Translations under genes and position numbers: made by a program | Notes under the pieces: generated by a model | Told to the model about the DNA's origin: nothing | The model's database searches: none | What the model saw: the letters and a program-made list of their open reading frames with translations, nothing else | In this document: positions 25,401 through 38,700 of the stretch, piece after piece | How positions within the stretch are numbered: the stretch's first letter is position 1 | How the letters are laid out: every line of letters starts with the position of its first letter | DNA from: Moniliella sp. 'wahieum' | Lineage: Eukaryota | Reading direction: 5' to 3' | Assembly: GCA_003971905.1 (NCBI GenBank) | Contig: RSEE01000007.1 | Location: forward strand, 1 to 64,000 | DNA: 64,000 bases

Positions 25401-26621
25401 GCGGCCTATGTTGCTTGAACTGCATTGCACTGCTTGTGAACGATTCTGTGCGGTAGCATCCATAGACCCATGTAGATCGCAACCCAAGCCACGGTAGGAG
25501 TGCTGTGGTCCGTCAGCCCCATCCGCCCGCCTTGTTGTGTGAACAAAAGGCCCGACATTAACATAAGGCAGGCCATCGAGATGGATGAACACCTTTTCAT
25601 TAGTAGGTTACCCCATCCCACCTTCTACGAGGTCACCTCGGGCGGGCAATGGGTCAGAAGGTGATGTAACGGCCTCTGGTGGGCAAGGCGTACACTAGTG
25701 AAGGGGAAAGGCTACATGTATGTCATTGCCTTTCCGTCTGGGTCATGGAGCCGCCAGCAAGGAGTCAACTAGCAGCCCCATTGAGCGTACTAACTTTGCA
25801 TCGACGCCACAGCCTCGAGGGTGCCTCAAGTTCCCAACCAAGTGCCTCGGAGCCTTCAGCTCGGCAAGCTTGCTGCGTTGCCCAGGGACCAGCCGGAGTC
25901 CGATGCCCAGCAAGAGCACATGGAGCAACTGAGCGTCCCAGGGATCATTCAGGTCGATCGGCTGCAGAAGGGACACAAGGCACTCACAAGCACCGAGCTT
26001 ACCCTTTTTACTGCCGTGCTGACCAGCTCTCCACAATGAGGGCCCCTACCCCCCCTTCTCCTTTTTCCTCTCTATCACCTCCCCATGGCCTACGGGAGAC
26101 CGGATCAGGGCCTACATTTGACCATTCATGTCTTCTCTCTAAGTCCGCCCAGTTCCAACCAAGCCTCCACGCCAGAGAGGCTGGTCCATTCCTGGACGCG
26201 ATGGCCACTCTGCTGGCCGCGCTGCCTCGCCTCTACTATGCCGCGTCGGCGGTACCCATCCATGAAAACGACGGGCCTGCCCTCAGCCCCCTCGACACTG
26301 GTTTTTTGTTGGGAGACCTAGTAGCCGAACGCTCTGGTCCAGTAGCACCTCCTATTCCCTCCCTCGCGGGAAGGGGAAATGCGTGCGGGCAGTCCCAATG
26401 ACACTTGGTGAAGAGGGGTATCAAGCGTGGAGGGGCGACGTGCCCAGTGTCCCATCGCACGAGAACAAGATGCCACGTTGCAAACATAACAAAACGCACA
26501 TTGGTCCGTTGAGTGGAGTCGATGCGATCGATGGTCGAGGCAGATAAGATAAACGGGTCGAGGCTATGCCTGCATCGGCCACGTGGTGTAAGACAGAAGT
26601 GCAGCGGGCATCAAGACGCAG

Positions 26622-27650
26622 CTAACGACTGGGGAGGAAGAGTGTGCAGATGCTGCATGATGAGCTCGTATCTGAAGAGACAGAAGACAGGCGCATTAGG
26701 TACACTGGTCTGCGAGCACAAAGGCGCCGGGGGGCGGGGAGGGGGACGTACGTGAGGAGAGTCATGGCAGAATTGGGCAGTGTCCTGACGAGGTTGATGC
26801 CCATGCCCTTGTAAAACCCGACCACACCATCGTGTTTCCAAATGGTTTGGATCATGGCCATCATGCCTATCCGCGGGGGTACAAAGCCGGGGGAAGGCAG
26901 AAGCGTGGGTGTGTGAGGGGACAAGTTGTACGCATCTGCAAGCGGGTGCGGAGCACTTCGTGGGGGTATGTGAGGCACGAAGCGACCATTTTGGAGATGG
27001 TGGAGCACACCAGGATTTCTTGGGGTGAGAGAGGGTCGGTGAGGCGGGGATGGCGGTACTGGAGAACGAGTTTCTTGAGATTGTCGTAGAGGGGGAACTG
27101 GACAGCGACATGGGCCGTGCCCATCAGGGAAGGCACCAGTCCCTTGTAGAACGCAGTGAAGCCCTCGGTGCGCGCAATGCGGACAAATGCGTCGAGGGTG
27201 TGGCGGTAGGGCACCTCGCCGGGACGCGGGAGGGCCTGGAGCATAAAACGCGTCTTGACGACCCAGATGGGCGAGGAGATGGTGGTTGTGGCGACGCCGG
27301 CGAGCATGGCGCTCATCACGTGGCCGCCGAGCTGGACATTGAGGCCGAGGTTGGAATTGATGAGGTGGCGCTTGGCGTGGTCGTAGAGGGTAAAGTAGAT
27401 GGCCCAGGTGGGCAGATAGCCGAGGATGGTGGGGCCGAGGCCGTGGTAAAAGCCGCGGATGCCGTCGGCGCCCAGATCTGGACGACAATGGCGCGGAGCG
27501 GGGAGGGCGGGGTGGTGGAGGCGCGGGGCGGCGGACGGATGGGCGGATAGGCGCCCTGGGCCTGCAGCTGCGTTTTGACCACGTCGAGGGGCATGTGAGC
27601 ACAGACGAGGCCAGGCCGGCACATGCGCCTGCCACAGCCGTGTCCCGCAT
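26622..27650 (-). CDS. Mitochondrial carrier, NAD+ transporter (Ndt1/Yia6 type)
   Basis: AGACAGLASSVLTCPLDVVKT, GIRGFYHGLGPTILGYLPTWAIYF, SPIWVVKTRFM, HVAVQFPLYD, TYPHEVLRTRLQ, GFYKGMGINLVRTLP. Two introns near 26.67-26.75 and 26.87-26.93 kb; start could lie further upstream. Confidence 0.9.
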   Translation of the reverse strand: MRDTAVAGACAGLASSVLTCPSTWSKRSCRPRAPIRPSVRRPAPPPPRPPRSAPLSSRSGRRRHPRLLPRPRPHHPRLSAHLGHLLYPLRPRQAPPHQFQPRPQCPARRPRDERHARRRRHNHHLLAHLGRQDAFYAPGPPASRRGALPPHPRRICPHCAHRGLHCVLQGTGAFPDGHGPCRCPVPPLRQSQETRSPVPPSPPHRPSLTPRNPGVLHHLQNGRFVPHIPPRSAPHPLADAYNLSPHTPTLLPSPGFVPPRIGMMAMIQTIWKHDGVVGFYKGMGINLVRTLPNSAMTLLTYVPLPAPRRLCARRPVYLMRLSSVSSDTSSSCSICTLFLPSR

Positions 27651-28154
27651 GGGGGCGGGGCGGGGGGGAGGAAGGTGGGGGGAAGGCGAGAGCGAAGACA
27701 ACGACGAAGACGAGCGAAGGACGAAGACGACGACGACGACGAAGTGGAAGTGGAAGTCGAAGACGACGCGCTCGGACGGAGATGGTGGCAAGAAGACTGC
27801 GCCGCCAACACCCAGCGTCGCGCCGACTTTTTGGATGGGAGCGCCGGAATGATGTCAGCGGGGGCCGGGGTGGCTCAGGTGCCACGCGGGCCGCACGCCG
27901 ATCTGTCCCGGGTGGATGACATGATGACAGGCACGTGCTCAGCCTGAGCGCCCCCCTATCCCTATTTGAAACACTGTCTTTCCGCTTCCGCTTCCGCTGC
28001 CCACAGCCCCCCACGCACCCTGCCCCTCCCCCGCTCTACCCCAAACAGCTGCCATGCGACTGCTTCCCCCACCTCCACTGCCCAGCTACCAGCGCACGCC
28101 ATCACACATCACAGCACAACGAACCCAGTCACCAGCCGTCTGTCCTGCCCGCCG

Positions 28155-29015
28155 CTACGCCTCGAAGAACAGCGCCGCGCCCACCTTGTGCGCTGGCGTG
28201 CCCGTCTCGGTCGCCGAGAAGGCCTTGGTGTCCAGCGCCAGGCCCAGCGCCGCCTGACCCCAGGACGGAGCGCCTGGGTGTAGCCAGGCCCAGGATGCCA
28301 TCGTTGTTGATCTTGGCCTTGACGAACGCCGCATTGTCCAGGTACACCTTGCTGCCCAGCTCGAGCTTGGTCGTCGGCACGGGCTTCGACCCGTCGTAAT
28401 GGATCCGCGCGCCCGTCTCAACGTCGGCATGATGCGGTGGTAGTACGACGCGACATAGTGCGTGAGCTTCTTGGTGCTCTGCAAGGTGATCGAGTAGTCC
28501 GGCCATACACGCCGCGCCCACCTCGTAGTTGGTCAGCTCCTTGGTCTGCGTGTTGACCACCGCCGAGTAGCCAGCCAGCAAGCCGTCCCGCCCGGCCACA
28601 CTGTCGTGAACAATAAAGGGGCCCCTGCTGAGATCAATCAACGTGCGGGTGTGCAGGCGCGGCTGCTTAAGGTGGTGTTGATGACACCTGTCTTGGTGCC
28701 CTTGTCGGATGGAAGGTACCAACAAAGTCCAGCTTGAAGCCCTTGACCAGGTAGTTCTCTGCCTCCAGCGTCTGCGCACCTGGTTCGACGAGGTGACGAC
28801 GGTCGAGGCGGTGAGGCCCTTGGCCTTGTTGGCCACCTTGACCTCCAAGTCGCCAAACAGGCCGTCTTGCCATTCAGACGGGAGCCCTGGACATGGAAAG
28901 TGGCGCCATTGGGTGCGACGGTCTTGAGTCGAGGGTGCGCTGCCCAGGGGGTAGTCCTTGCCGAGCAGGTCGGTGGTGGCCTTGCTCAGGTCCTTCCAGG
29001 AGGGGGGACAGCCAT
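28155..29015 (-). CDS. POR1: Mitochondrial outer membrane porin (VDAC)
   Basis: MAVPPSWKDLSKATTDLLGKDYP, YVASYYHR, LELGSKVYLDNAAFVKAKINNDGILGL, LGLALDTK, AHKVGAALFFEA*. Many frameshifts. Confidence 0.92.
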
Positions 29016-29415
29016 GGCGGGGAGAGAAGGTGCGGGGGCGGCGAGCGGCGTGCGGGGGGCAGAGGAGAGGGGGAAGGGGGCAGGTGGTAGGCTCAAGAGG
29101 GCCTGAGGTGAGGCCGGACGCATGGCAAAGGCAGCTCACTGGCAGCACCCGGGAAGCGCCGTGGCCCGGAGCCGAGGGCGACGCAGTGGCTGCTGCGCTG
29201 AGACACTGCTCCTGCGCCGTGCCGTGCGGCTCCAGCGCATGGATATTTCAAAGCCAGCGCCAGCCGCTGCATCGGTGCAATGCCCAGCATCATGTCCGGT
29301 GTCCGATGCGAACGAAAAACGCTTCGGAGTAGTTTGGCGTGGACCGCCGTAGCAGCAGCAGCAGCACCCACAGCATCCCCCACATCCCCTCCTCCACCTC
29401 CATCTCCATCTCGCC

Positions 29416-30664
29416 ATGGTGTCTTCCATCTCCATCCCCCGCCCGCCGACTACCACGTGCATGTCCGCCAGGGCCCCATGGCGTCTCTGATTGCGCCCCA
29501 TGTGCAGCAAGGCGGATTTGCCCTGGGCTATGTCATGCCCAACACCACGCCCCCCATCAGCTCGGTGGAGGAGGCGCTGGCGTACAAGCAGCAGCTGCTC
29601 GCCCTGGCGCCCGCGACAGAATGGGTGATGACCCTCTACCTCTCCCCCTCTCTCACCCCGGATGAGATCCGCAAGGCTGTCCGCGCCGGCATCCGCGGGG
29701 TCAAGTCCTACCCACGCGGTGTGACGACCAACTCGGACGGGGGCATTGAAAACTACGAGATGCACTACCCTGTTTGAGGCCATGGCGCAGGAAGGATTGG
29801 TGCTCAACTTGCATGGGGAGATTCCAAGTGACCCCGAACTAGTACGTTTGTTGTTTCCTCTTTTGGCCCCCGATCCCCCGATCCCTCTTCCCCGTAGGCT
29901 TCTGCCAGCCCAAGGGATGTCGTACGACAGCTCTGCCACCTGGGACTGACATTTCCATGTCCTCACCACACCAGGGAATTTGCGTGTTGAACGCTGAGGA
30001 AGCGTTCCTCAAGCAGCTCCACAAGATTCATGCTCGCTTCCCCACGCTTAAGATTGTGCTGGAGCACGCGACGACAGCTGCTGCGGTGGAGGCAGTCAAA
30101 CAATGGTCCGACCGTTGGCTGCTCCATCACCGCCCACCATCTTGCGCTGACTGTTGACGACTGGGCAGGAAAGCCATTGAACTTTTGCAAGCCCGTGGCC
30201 AAGTACCCGACGGATCGTGCTGCGCTGCAACAAATCGTGCGTTCGGGCCACCCGCGGTTTTTCCTTGGCTCCGACTCGGCTCCGCACCCGTTTACCAACA
30301 AGATGCCGTCGGCCTCCTCGCATGGCAGCTACGCTGCCGCGGCCCAGTGTGCGTGTGCGGCCGGGGTGTACACGTCGGCGATTCTGCTGCCGCTGTGTGC
30401 GACGTTGCTGGAATCGTTTGGTGCGCTGGAGCAGCTCGAAGGGTTTGTCAGCCGCAACGGTCGTGCGTTCTACGGCCATACACTCCCTTCCAACCCATCC
30501 ACCGTCACCCTCGTCCGAACGGGAGCGCAGAGGCAGGCGATGGAACGGTCCCGGCTGAGTACGTCTTGGCCGACCACCAGAGCTGGCCCGACACCCAGCC
30601 AGGCAAGATCGCCGTCGTTCCCTTTATGGCTGGCAAGCAGTTGAAGTGGAAGATTGCTGCTTAG
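29416..30664 (+). CDS. URA4: Dihydroorotase, homodimeric type
   Basis: DYHVHVRQG, VMPNTTPPI, MTLYL, GVKSYPRGVTTNSDGG, VLNLHGE, IVLEHATT, TAHHL, FCKPVAKYPTDRAAL, FFLGSDSAPHP, AAGVYT. Intron 29842-29974. Confidence 0.96.
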
Positions 30665-31955
30665 TCCATCTCCTGTCTAACCCCAGCCCAGCCCACTCCT
30701 TGCCCCCCACCCTGTACAAAGGGGCGTAACCGCTCAAAATACATTTCTCATCGCATATTAACGTTTCTCCCCTGATGAGTCTGTGAAGGATCCTACTCCG
30801 AGGGGTAGGATGAGAAGAGGAACGGACGTGTTGCTATTCCACGATACGGGTAGGCTGTGCACGACGCGATAATAACGTGCCCGGAGACAGACCTTGAGTT
30901 GCGCTTGTCCGAGGCAACGGGAAGTGTTTGGAAGAGTATGCGTCTGCAGCTCAAGGAAGTGGGTCTGGCGCGGCCGCGGAAGGAATCTTCAGCAGTGCCC
31001 TTCAAGTGTGTCAGCAAACCGACAGCAGCTTCGCCGTGAGTCCGATAAGCGGGGCATCCGAAAAACGAGCGAGCAAGGTAGCAGCAAACTCAGAGTGTCA
31101 GGATGGGACGAGCGGGCCGACCCCGTGCAAAAGCCACAAGCATTGAGAATAGCCCAGTGTGCTCGAACTGAAGCCACGTATTTTGACGGAGAAAATGAGA
31201 GGGAGGAAGCTGGGAGTCGGTTGCGCAGTGGGAGCTGGCCACAGGAAACATGGATGTTTGTTTCCATTGCTCATGTGGCCTCTCGACAGAATATGACCGA
31301 AACGGAATTGCGTTCAGGGGATAGGGAATACTGTCATGGTGGGTGCGGGAATATAGGTTCAATGCACAATGAACTTCCTGGAGTCGGCGTTGTAAGTGGC
31401 ATCCTTAGCAAAGTCGAGGTGTACTATATCATCGCCTGCGGGATAAGGTCGATAGATGTCTTTCCGTCACGCTACGACCAAACACTTGAGCCCACAGTCA
31501 TCAAAAAGTGATTGGCACTCTTCAAGTTAATAGAGGAAAAGAGCCATCGCAGTAAAAACGGTTGGGGGGAGGTCCGACATGAACAAACAAACACAGAAGG
31601 TCCACTGGGATACAGGGACAGGGATAATTACAGGGATAGTTATACAAAGAGAGAGGGCCAATCCCCGTCGGCTTGCACACGACCCAGCCATCGGTACTAA
31701 GAGTTATGTTACGAATAGCCTGACTGGGATGTTGAGTGTGAAGTGAGTGCGTTCTTGTCCTTGAAGACGGATGGCCGCGCTTCCGAATCACGTTACGCAG
31801 GGAGGGTGTAATGCAGCTCTCCCCGCGCAGTCCTATTCGCATGAGGATGAGGAGGGGTAAGACTGGATACGATACGGATGCATCCGTGGCATGGGTGGCT
31901 GGTTCGTAATAAAGCCTGGTGTAAAACTCAGTACTCACGAGGCGTGCACGCTCTG

Positions 31956-33623
31956 TCACGGAAGAGCCTGAAGCAGGATCCACGGTAGCCGCAACGGTAA
32001 CCGCAGTGGTTCAGTTGGCGGCGCCCTGAGACCCAGAATACGCAGTTCCACCGCGTGTCTAGAGCCGCGCGGCCTACGCACAAACCCTCTGCCCTGACTC
32101 ACCTCACTCCACTGGGAAGAACCACTGCTCCAGGACGAATGGGGACCGGAGGAAAAAGAACTCTGACGGGACGCAGGGCGAAGACGCGAACTGCGTCCAC
32201 TTGCGCTCGGGATAAAGGACTGAGTGGGCGTCGCGACCCGACTCGTGATCAACATCAAAAGACCATCATAGTCTGCATGAGGGTTGCCGGCGGCAAAAGT
32301 AGGATCGTGGAGACCATTGAGCAAAATGGACCGTAGTACCCAGTCAGGGAGGGGTTGACGAAAGCGCGCGCGCAGTTTGTAAGCGAGGTTGCGGTGCCGT
32401 TCAACATATGCCGCCCCTGACGAAGTCCCAATACTAAGGTCAATAAGTTGCTGAAGAAGGGCAACTTGCTCGGCCGGTGACGACTGGCCATAGCGTTGAA
32501 CCAGGATGCGGAATAGCTCGGAAGCCATGCTGCCAGTCTCAGAGGATGGGATGGTGGAGCTAACATCGCGGTGTAGATGGGCCAAGAGCGGAGCGTGGAG
32601 TTTATGATCCAGAAGACTGTTGTAATGAGGATCGTCTTGGCCGTCCTGAATCAACGCACGTGCACCGTCCACCGCATCGTCCAATCGGCCCAGGGCCAAA
32701 TCCACCCAGGGCCAAAAGAACTCTTGTCCGAAAATGTATTTGTCCTCAGCGTTGACGCTGCGCGTAAGTTTGGCCAGAGACTGGAAGGGCTCAGATTTGG
32801 GCCCCGCCAAATCCAATGTGGGGTGAGTGTTGCGATTCTGTAAAACTAGAAAAGCAGCACGGCAGCCCACATCAGGACCCCAACACGCCTTTGCCATGTC
32901 CACCAGATTGTCCGGGCTTAAATTATGAGCGCTTGCCTTCGTCAATGCGGCAATAACTTCCTCGTCGACAGGAGGAGGCCCATCAGAATGTGCAGGCACA
33001 GGTACAGACAAAGGAGTTGTGGTGGATGCAGCCTTCGGAGTCTGACCCGAGGGTGGGATCGTAACGGGGTCCCGAAGGCCAGGGGCGTCTTGGGATAGGT
33101 CGGAGGAACCTTGGGATGGGTCGGAGAGACCTTGGGATGGGTTGGAGAGACCTTGGGATGGATCGGATGGATCGGATGGATCTTGGGTTGGGTTGAGTGA
33201 GGGCAGGAGGACGGAAGGGGAAAACAAATCTGCCATGTCGTAGTCGAGCATGTTGTCGTACAACAGCCTACGCAATTCGCCGTCCTTGCGCACGATGAAC
33301 CGGCGAAGCAAGGACTGGTCGCTGCGCACAGGCTTAACAGATTCCCCGACAATTTCCACGATATCCTTTTCGAGAGATGAGAATCGATCCGAGAAAGCGC
33401 CTAAAAGGATCTCAAAATCAAGATAGTTGTCATCGGTGACCTTGGAATCCTCAAGGCCATTCTGTCGTTCAAGAGCAGTGAGAAGAGAGTGGTATTGGTG
33501 GAGCTGATCCTTGACCTGTTGAAAGTCACGTTCGAGGGTGAGTGCTTCGGCAGGAAGAGGAGGCGGAAGCAATTCTTCTGCGGTCATCGGAAGCGGACGA
33601 GGTAGCCTTGGAGTGTCACTCAT
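31956..33623 (-). mobile_element. Ty1/copia-type Gag-like ORF (555 aa) with no recognisable pol
   Basis: The C-terminal ASELFRILVQRYGQSSPAEQVALLQQLIDL..YVERHRNLAYKL..LPDWVLRSILLNGL matches the copia Gag (Retrotran_gag_2/UBN2) pattern. N-terminal coiled coil. It lies in a block (~30.8-34.3 kb) that looks less GC-rich than the flanking genes. Confidence 0.6.
33090..33186 (-). repeat. 21-bp and 9-bp coding tandem repeats inside the Gag-like ORF
   Basis: CCTTGGGATGGGT(C/T)GGAGAGA repeats and GGATCGGAT repeats encode DPSDPSDPSQGLSNPSQGLSDPSQGSSDLSQD. Confidence 0.85.
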
Positions 33624-35794
33624 GGTTGCCGAAATACGCCAGAAGAAGGGGATGGAAATAAGGAAAGTGTGGGCTGGGTTCGCGGTTGCTTGCTGGCCGA
33701 ACGCTCATCCATGACTGATGCTGGTCGTCATGCTGGCCAGAGAGCATGAGTCGCAAGACGAGTGTGCCGGCGTGGGTTTGGGTGCTGTCCGCGAACGGTA
33801 GTGCTAGCCTTTGTGCTTGGTATCGATGAGCGAGGGCGCAATGCCTTGGTGCACATGCCATACATTTGCATTTGCAATCCTGAGGATATTATGAGCTCGA
33901 TAAGCGCGGCTACTTTCAGCTCCCGCTCTCTTAGGAGTGGTAGCATCGTCACTCGAGATTAATTCAGCCCTGGTAACCGAAATCCATTCTCGAGGGATAT
34001 GCCCAGTGACTGTGTGGCGGACCGTCGCGACATTCTCAGAGAAAAACACAGCAAGAACAAGAACAGAAACAGGATGAAAACCGCAAGTCGCCAGAAACGG
34101 GGTACAACTACGAATACCAAAAAGACGTATAGACAAGAGGCGCAAACAAAAAACAGTTGCGTGGCTATCAATGTAGCAGGAGGATGGACTGTGTGTTACG
34201 ATTGTAGACTCACAGGGGAGGAGCAAGGGGCTAAACACTGAATGCGGTAAAAGGCAGATTCTCTGTTACAGTCGTCTTACCTCACTCGTTCGGATTCGTC
34301 TTGCCTGCTTGCTCTTCCTCGTTTGGGGAAGAATCAATGTTGCAGCAGAGCAAGTCGGTCAGCCAGAACCCGCGCGTCGTGTCCTCCGTCATTTTTTGCT
34401 TGCTCTCGTCTCGGCGCGCTTCTTCCACTGGGGTATGGTCTGATACCTTTCGGTCGGTTGTCCCAGCTGCACTCGTCCGCATACTCCTTACCGGCGCAGG
34501 GCCGCGCCGTCACAATGGGACGAACGGCAGGCGTGCGAGTTTTGCTCGCCTCGGTAGGGCGTGGTGGGGAATTTGGCTCGTTGGATAAAGGCGATGTCCC
34601 TTGTCGCGGCCTGGAACATGTTTACTTCTTGATGATCAATCAGACTTGCACTGTTTGAGCCGAAGGCGGGTGTGCATTCGTCGGAAACGCCAGTACGTTG
34701 AACCTTCGGTGAGGGGAAAGCGGAAGGGGGAGATTCGTGCTTGTCGCGGCACTACTCCTTCCACTGGGATCGTTCACCGCGGTGGAGGAGAGAGAGTCAT
34801 CGCGATGCGGGTATGGCCTTGGTTACGACGACGGCGGGTCGACATGCGTCGGATGGGCGCGGTGAAGCCAGTGGCGACGTCGCCCAGAGCCTCGGCGCGG
34901 CGAGCTTGACGGACAGACTTGCGACGCTTGGTCTCAGCCTGGGACCAGCTTTCCAGCGTTGCATTGACGGCAGCCGTCCATCCTCTGCGCCTGGGTCTCG
35001 GGGCCAGCGGGGAGGGATGACGAGGGCGTCGAAGCATGGACCAGCGGCGGAGGGGCGCGCGGGGCAGGGGGTGTACGACGGTGGCTCGGCGGCGGAGGGG
35101 GGCTGCGGTGCGTGGCATATTAATGCGAAGGTGGGGTGGGCAGGCGCTCCTAAATCGGGGGGGGGGCAGATTGGATGGTGGTGTGGGGTGCCGTGGCGAT
35201 CAATTTAAACCCGAGACGGTTCGATTGTGGGGGGAGAGCACAGGTGCGAGGCGGGGAGGCAGTGCCAGGCAGTGCTAATAACCCCCGTGCATGGAACCTG
35301 GTCCTGAGGCCTCAGCCGGAGGCTCAGGTATCGCACTAACGGGGACGATCAGCATGTGATTCCCAGCCGCGCCACCACTGTTCTGCTGTGCGGCCAGTAC
35401 CTCGTACGCAGCGCCCACCACTCTCCGATGGCGCTGCGCCCCTTTCGTGTGCCCGCCCACCGCACTCTCCAGCATATACATCTACCCGGCGGCCAGCGCG
35501 TCTATTACGCGTCCACCGCGCGCACGCTGAGCTTCCCGTGCGCCGCCCTGCCCGCTGCGCTTTCCCTTCCCAACGCAGCCCAGCAGCCGCCCAGCAGCCG
35601 CCGATCTTTCGGATACCAACGCAGAGCCGGTGGCGGGCCACCCTGTAGCGAGGCGACTGGTGGCCGCACTGGCCGAGAGGCACCGACGCGAAGGGGGGCG
35701 CGCCGAGGCGGGGTAGGCACGGGAGGCATCACGTGACTGCGCTGGGTATCGTCTGGCGCTGCCGCTTGTGAAAGTTGAAACTGGGACGCGCTCC

Positions 35795-38700
35795 ATGGGC
35801 CACGAAAATTTGCAGCGATCCGAACCCCCGCCTGCCCTGATTTTTTTTTTCGAGGGCAGGCTTGCCACGCTTCTCCACCACCGCACCCGGCCAGATGGGC
35901 AGAAAGCCAGGCTCGAAGTCCCGTCCCTGGGGCCACCCGCCCCCTCCCACCAACAACCACAACCACAACCACCTGCGCGCGCGTCCACCGTCCATGCATC
36001 TTCCCGCCTCTACGTCCCCTTCCGTGCCATTGGGTACATCTCTGGCGCGGTGCCGTTTGCGCTGCAGGTCCGCCGCGGCGGTAAAGACGCCAAGGCGGCC
36101 GATGTCACCATCGTCACCGCTCTTCCCGGCGCCGGCGGGCTGGACACATGGTCTCTGTGGGACGCAGCCACCATGCGCCTCCTCTTTGTCGGCCCCCCTC
36201 CTCCACCCGAGTCCCAGGGCGGCGGTCCCATTGTTGCCCTCGCCCATTCGACCAGCCGACGGTCTCCTGGTAGCGTACCAGGGCGGCTCCATCTACCGCT
36301 TCAATCGCTCCACATTGTTGAGAAGTACAACACGTGGCTCTCGGAGAGGATAAGCAGCAGATTGCTCTTACTCGCCGTGCCAACGCCGCCAAGGCCGCCC
36401 GCCGTGCCCAGGCCGCGGATTCCGACTCGGCCTCAGGCTCGAGCTCGAGCTCGGATTCCGACTCCGACTCTGACTCTGATTCAGATTCAGACTCGAGCTC
36501 CTCTTCGTCTGAGAGGACGAGGACCAAGCGGTCACCCTTCCGCACAACTTGCTCTACATGGAAGAGCAGCTCGACACCCCACCCCCCTTGGCCCGCATGA
36601 TTGTCTTTGGCCACACTGTTTGTGCCTTGTCGACGGACGGGCGGTGGCTTTTTACATGGGGTCTGTTGGAAGGTACAGTGAGCGTAAAGAGGTGGACTTG
36701 CTTTTGGGCGCGGCAGAAACGGAGCGGAGAGCCACCTCGCTGGTTCACCAGACACCCATCTCAACAAGGTCCTTGTGGCTTCTCTGACGGCAGCGTGGAA
36801 GTGTGGAATGTGCGAAGCGGGAAACGCGTGCACGCGTTGGGGCCGACCATCTCTATGGCCTGGCCAACCTCAACGCCTTCAAGGTCCTGTCGAAGAGGCC
36901 GGAAAGCGGGTGGTTGCCCTGGAACAAAGCCTGCGCTGGACATTGTTGCGATTGGGTATGCCAGCGGTCACGTGCTGATCCACGACGTTGTCTCGATGAG
37001 CCAATTTTCCATCTCCGCCTTTCCCCCTCATCCGACCAGGGCGCCGAGCAAAGTCTGACGTCGACGTCTTGGCCCGAGACGGGATTTCGTTCCGGAGCGA
37101 CTGGAAGCAGCATACTATTGCCCTGGCCGGTACGAACGGGTCCATCGCCATCTACAGCCTGGACGGAGTTCACGCTCCTGTTGCATCGTCCGACCCAGCT
37201 GCTCAAACAGCGGTCCCACGACCTGCCCGCGTGTTGCACGTCATTCGCAATGCTCATGAGCGTGCGGTGGGAGGGCTGGCCTTTGTTCCGGGGCAACCAT
37301 GCTAATTTCCTCGTCGGCGGACAACTCGTACAAGCAATGGTTCTTTGATGACCCTGACGCTGCCATCACCGACTCCAAGTTGGGAGGGAATGCGGCGCTG
37401 GATGGCTCGACGGATGCTTCTGTGGGAGGCCCCCACCACGGCTCCTCAAATCGCGCGGGGGTCACTTTGAGCCCCCTCACATTGTTCGCCACTATGGCGA
37501 TAACGGCAAGAACTTATTGACCGCTTCGCGTGACCTGTCGGTGCGCTGCCTATCAATTGTCCGCGATAGCAGGAGCTTTGAATTGAGTCAAGGTGCGTGT
37601 TGGATTGTCTTACCTCTTTCCCGTTTCCATCTTTCTGACTTTGTACCCTTTTGCAGGTTCGATCCAGCGTCGCGCGCGCCAACTCGGTGTCGACCCGCGC
37701 ACTCTCAAACTACCCGTGACGACCAATTTGTCCTTCAGTCTGACGCGTTCCCGCGACTGGGCCGATGTTGTCACCCACAGCGGTTTCTCCCTGGGCTCGG
37801 ACTTGGACCGTATGGGACAAGCGCATGACCAACCAGTTCTCAGCACGGGGCAAGCCGAAGCAACCACCTCCTTGTCAGTGCGTGCGGAAACTTTACTCTT
37901 GTTGGCACTACGAGAGGTAAGGTGGAGCTACTACATGCAATCGGCGCGCAGGCGTCGCGTGTTGATACTCGGCCCATCAATCAAGCCGCATGGAATGCGG
38001 CGCAAAAGCTACCTGCTGGACCTAAGCGGACCAAGGCAGAGTCCGATGCTCGTATCGGTCTCGGTGCTCGCGTGACTGGCGCTGTGATGGACAACAAGAA
38101 CCGCACGGTTGCCATCTGCACTACGGACCGTTACGTGCGCTTTTATGACTTTTACTCGGGCAACCTGCTCGAGACGATTGAGCTGGAGGCTGAGCCAAAA
38201 GGTTGTGTATTCGCGCGAGGCCGACCTGATTGCCATCTCGCTGGCAGACTTGACGGTTGTTCTGCTGGACCTCGAGACGAGGCGGATGGTGCGTCAGTTT
38301 AGTGGGTTCCGTGCCAAGGTGCTCGACATGTGCATCTCGTCCGACTCGCGCTGGCTCGTTACCACTTCGAGGACAGTGTGGTGCGTACGTTTGATATCCC
38401 CACCTCCACCCTCGTCGACGTCTTCCGTACGCCTTCGACAGCACCAGTGTCAGTCTTCACCCACCCTCGACTTTTGGCCACAACCCACGTGGGGTGTTGG
38501 GCGTGTACCTGTGGGCCATCGGTCGCTCTTTGCCAATGTGGCGCTCAAGGCGATCGATGAGGATGCGTTGGTGGTGCAGGAGGTGACGATGCCTTCGTTG
38601 GCTGGCGCGGCACAAGAACCCGCGCTGGGCCCAGCGAGAGAAGGCGAGCAGTGGGGTGGCCAGTGTACACCAGCCCGCCGCAGATGTTTGATCAGGACGA

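Noticed and set aside
25679..26401. 240-aa ORF between RSM22 and the NAD carrier
   Set aside because: Non-ATG start and no recognisable motif; cannot be supported as a gene.
8072..29015. Functional cluster of mitochondrial genes (BolA, L36, RSM22, NAD carrier, VDAC)
   Set aside because: They are interspersed with unrelated genes, and mitochondrial proteins are common enough for this to be chance.
30700..34300. LTR pair around the gag-like ORF
   Set aside because: No direct repeat, PBS or PPT found by eye on either side.
34282..35650. Small ORFs upstream of UTP21 on both strands
   Set aside because: Possible hypothetical gene fragments, but no family recognised and no consistent exon structure.
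36415..36515. Hexamer repeats (GACTCG/GATTCA-like)
   Set aside because: They encode a Ser/Asp-rich low-complexity insertion in UTP21 and are not part of the heptad rule.
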